Program-made: the position numbers and the translations under genes
Shown here: piece after piece, positions 16,303 through 19,453 of the stretch
How positions within the stretch are numbered: the stretch's first letter is position 1
How the letters are laid out: each line of letters opens with the position of its first letter
From: a virus
Taxonomy: Duplodnaviria; Heunggongvirae; Uroviricota; Caudoviricetes
DNA length: 19,453 nt
Virus record (IMG/VR): IMGVR_UViG_2675903433_000028
Location: 1 to 19,453 of that record
Strand: one strand, 5' to 3'
The notes under the pieces: model-generated
The model's database searches: none
The model's input: the letters and a program-made list of their open reading frames with translations, nothing else
What the model was told of the DNA's origin: nothing

Positions 16303-17141
16303 CTAAAGTCACTTTCCTGAGCTGTATAACGATGAGCGATTTTACTTTTTCTGGCTATGAATTGGCCTGCTTTGTAACACACTCCGGTCTATCCCGTAGC
16401 GCCGGGCATATCCTGTCGCAATGTGCAAATCTCGCGGCAACAACCAGTGAATACTTCATTCACAAGCCTCACCGCCTGATCGCGGCAGAAACTGGTTATA
16501 GCCAATCAACCGTCGTTCGTGCATTCCGTGAAGCTGTAAACAAAGGAATTCTGTCTGTAGAGATTGTTATCGGCGATCACCGTGAACGTCGCGCTAACCT
16601 GTACCGGTTTACACCATCCTTTTTGGCCTTCGCACAACAAGCCAAAAATGCGCTGATTGAAAGCAAATTAAAGATCTCTTCAGCCGCAACCAAGGTTAAA
16701 ACTGTTCTCGCTAAGACATTGGCTTTATTTAATTTTTTATCCACACCCCCATGTCAAAATGATACCCCCTCCCCCTGTCAGGATGACGTGGCAATAAAGA
16801 ATAAGAAGTCACAAGTTAAAAAAACAAAAAGATCAGTTTCCGACGGTGCCGGAACGACCAGCCTCAAAAAACTGACTTCATGGATCGCTGAAGCAAAAGC
16901 AAAGGCTGACAATCTGCGGTTATCCAAAAAACGCGCTCAAAAACATGAGTTCAAGCAGAAAGTAGAGGCGGCAGCGCGGAAATATGCTTACCTGAAGAAC
17001 AAGCGTTCTCCTGATATTGGCTGGATATCAAACTTCGATAATCTACCGCATTGCATGACGGTAAACGAAGCTCTTAATGCGGTATTAGCCAAAAATAAAG
17101 ATAACGAACAATGGGGTATACCGGTAGGATTCAGAGGGTGA
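16296..17141 (+). CDS. Hypothetical DNA-binding protein with a helix-turn-helix-like segment and a Lys-rich C-terminal half (start uncertain: 16296 or 16332)
   Basis: Segment ...AAETGYSQSTVVRAFREAVNKGIL... resembles an HTH. The C-terminus is basic and K-rich. Neither candidate ATG has a good Shine-Dalgarno. Confidence 0.45.
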   Translation: MLAKVTFLSCITMSDFTFSGYELACFVTHSGLSRSAGHILSQCANLAATTSEYFIHKPHRLIAAETGYSQSTVVRAFREAVNKGILSVEIVIGDHRERRANLYRFTPSFLAFAQQAKNALIESKLKISSAATKVKTVLAKTLALFNFLSTPPCQNDTPSPCQDDVAIKNKKSQVKKTKRSVSDGAGTTSLKKLTSWIAEAKAKADNLRLSKKRAQKHEFKQKVEAAARKYAYLKNKRSPDIGWISNFDNLPHCMTVNEALNAVLAKNKDNEQWGIPVGFRG

Positions 17142-17144
17142 TAG

Positions 17145-17160
17145 ATTGCTCTAATTATAA
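17145..17160 (+). promoter_or_regulatory. Copy 3 of motif ATTGCTCTAATTA, about 150 bp upstream of the DUF3800-like gene
   Basis: attgctctaattataa, immediately after the stop codon at 17139-17141. Confidence 0.4.
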
Positions 17161-17309
17161 CCATGCATACTTTCAACACCTCTAGTTTGCCATGAGGAAA
17201 ACTCATAGGCGTCCTGGTAAGATGACGTAGTTAGCAAATCAGAACGTCCAATTATTGCAATTAATAAACAACTAACGGACAATTCTACCTAACAATAAGT
17301 GGAGTTAAC

Positions 17310-18014
17310 ATGTTGAACCGAAGAACATTTAATGTATTCTGCGATGAATCCTGTCACCTACTAAATGATCATAATAAAGTCATGGTATTGGGTGCGCTTT
17401 GGTGTCCTGGCACTATCACAAAAAAAATTGCTAGAGACATCAAGGGATTAAAATTAAAACACAATTTAAAACCTGATTTCGAAATCAAGTGGACTAAAGT
17501 ATCTGCGTCCAAAGTTGAATTTTACTTAGAGGTCGTAGATTACTTCTTCAGCAACCCAGCATTGCGCTTTAGAGGTGTTGTTGTTCCTGATAAAGAGCAA
17601 CTGGACCATGCTCGATTCCATCAAGATCATAATACTTTCTATTATAAGATGTTTTTTTATGTCTTAAAAAACATAATAGAAAGTAACAACACATACAATA
17701 TCTACCTAGATATAAAAGATACTTTAGGTATTGAAAAAATTGAGAAATTAAGAGGAGTTCTTCACAATGATCGCTATGATTACAATCATGAGTCGATAAA
17801 CAGAATTCAACATATACGATCTCATGAAGTGCAACAATTGCAGCTAACGGATCTTTTCATTGGTGCGTTAGGCTACGTTCATCGAGGAATGAATAGCAAC
17901 GCGGGAAAAATCCAAGTCATAAACAGGATAAAATCACATACAAACAGGGAGTTACTAAAAAGCACTCTTCCAACAGAAAGTAAATTTAATATTTTCGTGT
18001 GGGAGGCTCGCTGA
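17310..18014 (+). CDS. DUF3800-like protein (234 aa), function unknown
   Basis: GGAG Shine-Dalgarno 5 nt upstream. The N-terminal FCDESCHL and C-terminal QLQLTDLFIGALGY motifs match my recollection of the DUF3800 family (conserved Asp/Glu near the N-terminus, Q-L-x-D-L near the C-terminus). The gene is AT-rich. Confidence 0.5.
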   Translation: MLNRRTFNVFCDESCHLLNDHNKVMVLGALWCPGTITKKIARDIKGLKLKHNLKPDFEIKWTKVSASKVEFYLEVVDYFFSNPALRFRGVVVPDKEQLDHARFHQDHNTFYYKMFFYVLKNIIESNNTYNIYLDIKDTLGIEKIEKLRGVLHNDRYDYNHESINRIQHIRSHEVQQLQLTDLFIGALGYVHRGMNSNAGKIQVINRIKSHTNRELLKSTLPTESKFNIFVWEAR

Positions 18015-18289
18015 TGCTTCAAATGCCAGATTTATTGTACTTCAATGGAAGTTGGCAAGAGTATATAGACGATGTATATGATGTTGTTAGAGAAGATATT
18101 TTAATCTCTAATATAACGTTTAAGGGTCTCCCTGTTCGATTACGTTATTCACCGGAATATGATGGGAAAGAGTTCGGATTTTGGCATTTAGTATCAGAGG
18201 GAAAAATAGAAGAAGAACGAATACCTGATCTTCAAGAAACAGCCCGTATACGGGCTGTTTTAACAGATATCTACAGTAAGCGGTCCTAA
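18014..18289 (+). CDS. 91-aa hypothetical protein, translationally coupled partner of the DUF3800-like gene
   Basis: The ATG at 18014 overlaps the upstream TGA (TGATG), with a GGGAGG Shine-Dalgarno 7 nt upstream. The ORF-track start at 17999 is a GTG inside the upstream gene. Confidence 0.5.
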   Translation: MLQMPDLLYFNGSWQEYIDDVYDVVREDILISNITFKGLPVRLRYSPEYDGKEFGFWHLVSEGKIEEERIPDLQETARIRAVLTDIYSKRS

Positions 18290-18344
18290 ACTGTGGGTAT
18301 CTTCAAAGATCAGACTATCAGGGAGCTAAAGCCAAAACAGTGGC

Positions 18345-19163
18345 TCAAGCGATACGGGCAACCGAGCTCTGGTTTGCTGCCGGTGGCAGGGCGATGAGCT
18401 TGTCACATTCCATAATCACGTACTCCGGGATGAGATCGAATCTGGACGGATCCAGTTGACAGATGAACTCATTTTCAATGTGGTACGTTTCGTTAACGAA
18501 TTTTCGTATTACCGGATGGTCCTGATCCAGTTCCAGTAAACGGAATACCTGCAGTTTTTCATATCCGTTACGACAGCGACGGTACAGGTTTTTTATTTCA
18601 TCTGGGCTGCTGACGAGAGCCTGAAGTCGCGGGTAATCAAAACTGTCCACATACTCCCGGATATCCCGCAAGGCCTGCTGAATTTTCTCAGGAGCCATTT
18701 TGGGGTAGCCCGTGCCCGCAGCGGCAGGCTCGCGATAATCCAGCGGGGCGACGCGTCGATGGAATAGATTGGATAGAAGCTGATAAGCATCACCACGTTC
18801 GTCAACGATTTCAAAGTAGCGACGAAGATAGATGAGCTTAATGATCTCCTCACAGTCTGCTGACGCGGTGATGGATTTGCAGATCTGCATGAATGTCATG
18901 ATATCGCCGTCGTTAACAGGTAATTCTTCTATGACTCCAGCAGACAGGCGCAGGCAGGAGGCGGTCACCTGATTACTGAACAACCTTCTGACTGACTTCA
19001 GCGTGTCAATCACAGGCTCCACGTCATGCGTCAGCATAGTGCTGATGCTGACGGATGTTACAAAAAATGCAGCGTATGGCGTTGAGATAGAAAGTCTGGT
19101 GCTGGAGATAAATACACCTACATCATGATAAAAAAGGGCCAGCGACTGACCTGAAGAAGACAC
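18345..19163 (-). CDS. Hypothetical protein (231-272 aa; N-terminus uncertain), convergent with the DUF3800 cassette
   Basis: Long ORF with ordinary composition. The ORF-track start at 19163 is a GTG and the first ~40 residues look non-protein-like. The first ATG is at 19037 (MLTHDVEPVID...) but lacks a Shine-Dalgarno. No motif recognised. Confidence 0.45.
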   Translation of the reverse strand: MSSSGQSLALFYHDVGVFISSTRLSISTPYAAFFVTSVSISTMLTHDVEPVIDTLKSVRRLFSNQVTASCLRLSAGVIEELPVNDGDIMTFMQICKSITASADCEEIIKLIYLRRYFEIVDERGDAYQLLSNLFHRRVAPLDYREPAAAGTGYPKMAPEKIQQALRDIREYVDSFDYPRLQALVSSPDEIKNLYRRCRNGYEKLQVFRLLELDQDHPVIRKFVNETYHIENEFICQLDPSRFDLIPEYVIMECDKLIALPPAANQSSVARIA

Positions 19164-19306
19164 TGGCTAAAAGGCTTTGCATGTTTGTAGATACTTATTT
19201 TTCACAGACAGCAATGATGCCTGTCAATATATTATTAATATGCTGATTGTTTCAGTTACAGATGCTTTATTAAGGGAAAATGTCACGATCGGTGCAAAAG
19301 TGGTTT

Positions 19307-19447
19307 GAACCGCCCCGGTTTTCCTGAAGGCTGGGTCATATCCCTCCGGCAGAAGCAGAAAAAGCTTATTATGCTTCCATCAGAAACGATGATCTGGCAG
19401 CCTGAGTTCACAGATAAAACACTCTCCAGGAAAACCGGGGCGGTTCA
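19307..19447. repeat. 141-bp element bounded by perfect 20-bp inverted repeats (MITE-like / imperfect palindromic unit)
   Basis: GAACCGCCCCGGTTTTCCTG at 19307-19326 and its exact reverse complement CAGGAAAACCGGGGCGGTTC at 19428-19447. Each arm is itself a small dyad (AACCG-ccc-CGGTT). The interior shows partial dyad symmetry (aagcttattatgctt). Confidence 0.7.
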
Positions 19448-19453
19448 GACATT

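Noticed and set aside
16988-17206. Minus-strand ORF 16988..17206, and ORFs 18593..18853 and 9651..10257 in alternative frames
   Set aside because: They overlap stronger ORFs in another frame or strand, with no ribosome binding site and implausible composition.
19307-19447. Calling the terminal inverted repeats bona fide Gin/Pin-type invertase crossover sites for tail fiber switching
   Set aside because: Similarity to gix/hix half-sites is only partial, there is no invertase gene in the window, and the repeats are ~19 kb from the tail fiber gene; kept only as a generic inverted-repeat element.

Overview
This window reads as the right-hand part of an enterobacterial prophage or phage-derived element. 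Everything here is read by eye from the sequence and the ORF track; no database search, GC calculation or RNA folding was run. (1) Bases 1-11516 carry a tightly packed minus-strand tail morphogenesis operon with overlapping stop/start codons. It encodes three small structural proteins, an acidic chaperone-like protein, a 1110-aa tape-measure-like protein with an embedded lytic transglycosylase (SLT) domain, four baseplate or tail-tip-like proteins, a long side tail fiber with a His-rich C-terminal domain that is split by an apparent 1-nt frameshift, and the first codons of a tail fiber assembly gene at the left edge. No capsid, portal, terminase or sheath-sized ORF is present in the window. 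(2) 11.6-13.6 kb is a visibly AT-rich moron island: a 4-TM membrane protein gene on the plus strand, and a membrane protein plus signal-peptide protein pair on the minus strand. (3) 13.6-17.1 kb is a plus-strand regulatory operon: a highly structured leader, a 73-aa ORF translationally coupled to a KilAC-type antirepressor, a second KilA-N/KilAC antirepressor paralogue, and an HTH protein. (4) 17.3-18.3 kb is an AT-rich two-gene cassette (DUF3800-like protein plus overlapping 91-aa ORF), the strongest candidate here for an undescribed accessory or defence module. It is followed by a convergent hypothetical gene and a 141-bp element bounded by perfect 20-bp inverted repeats. No rRNA, tRNA, CRISPR array, integrase or transposase was recognised.
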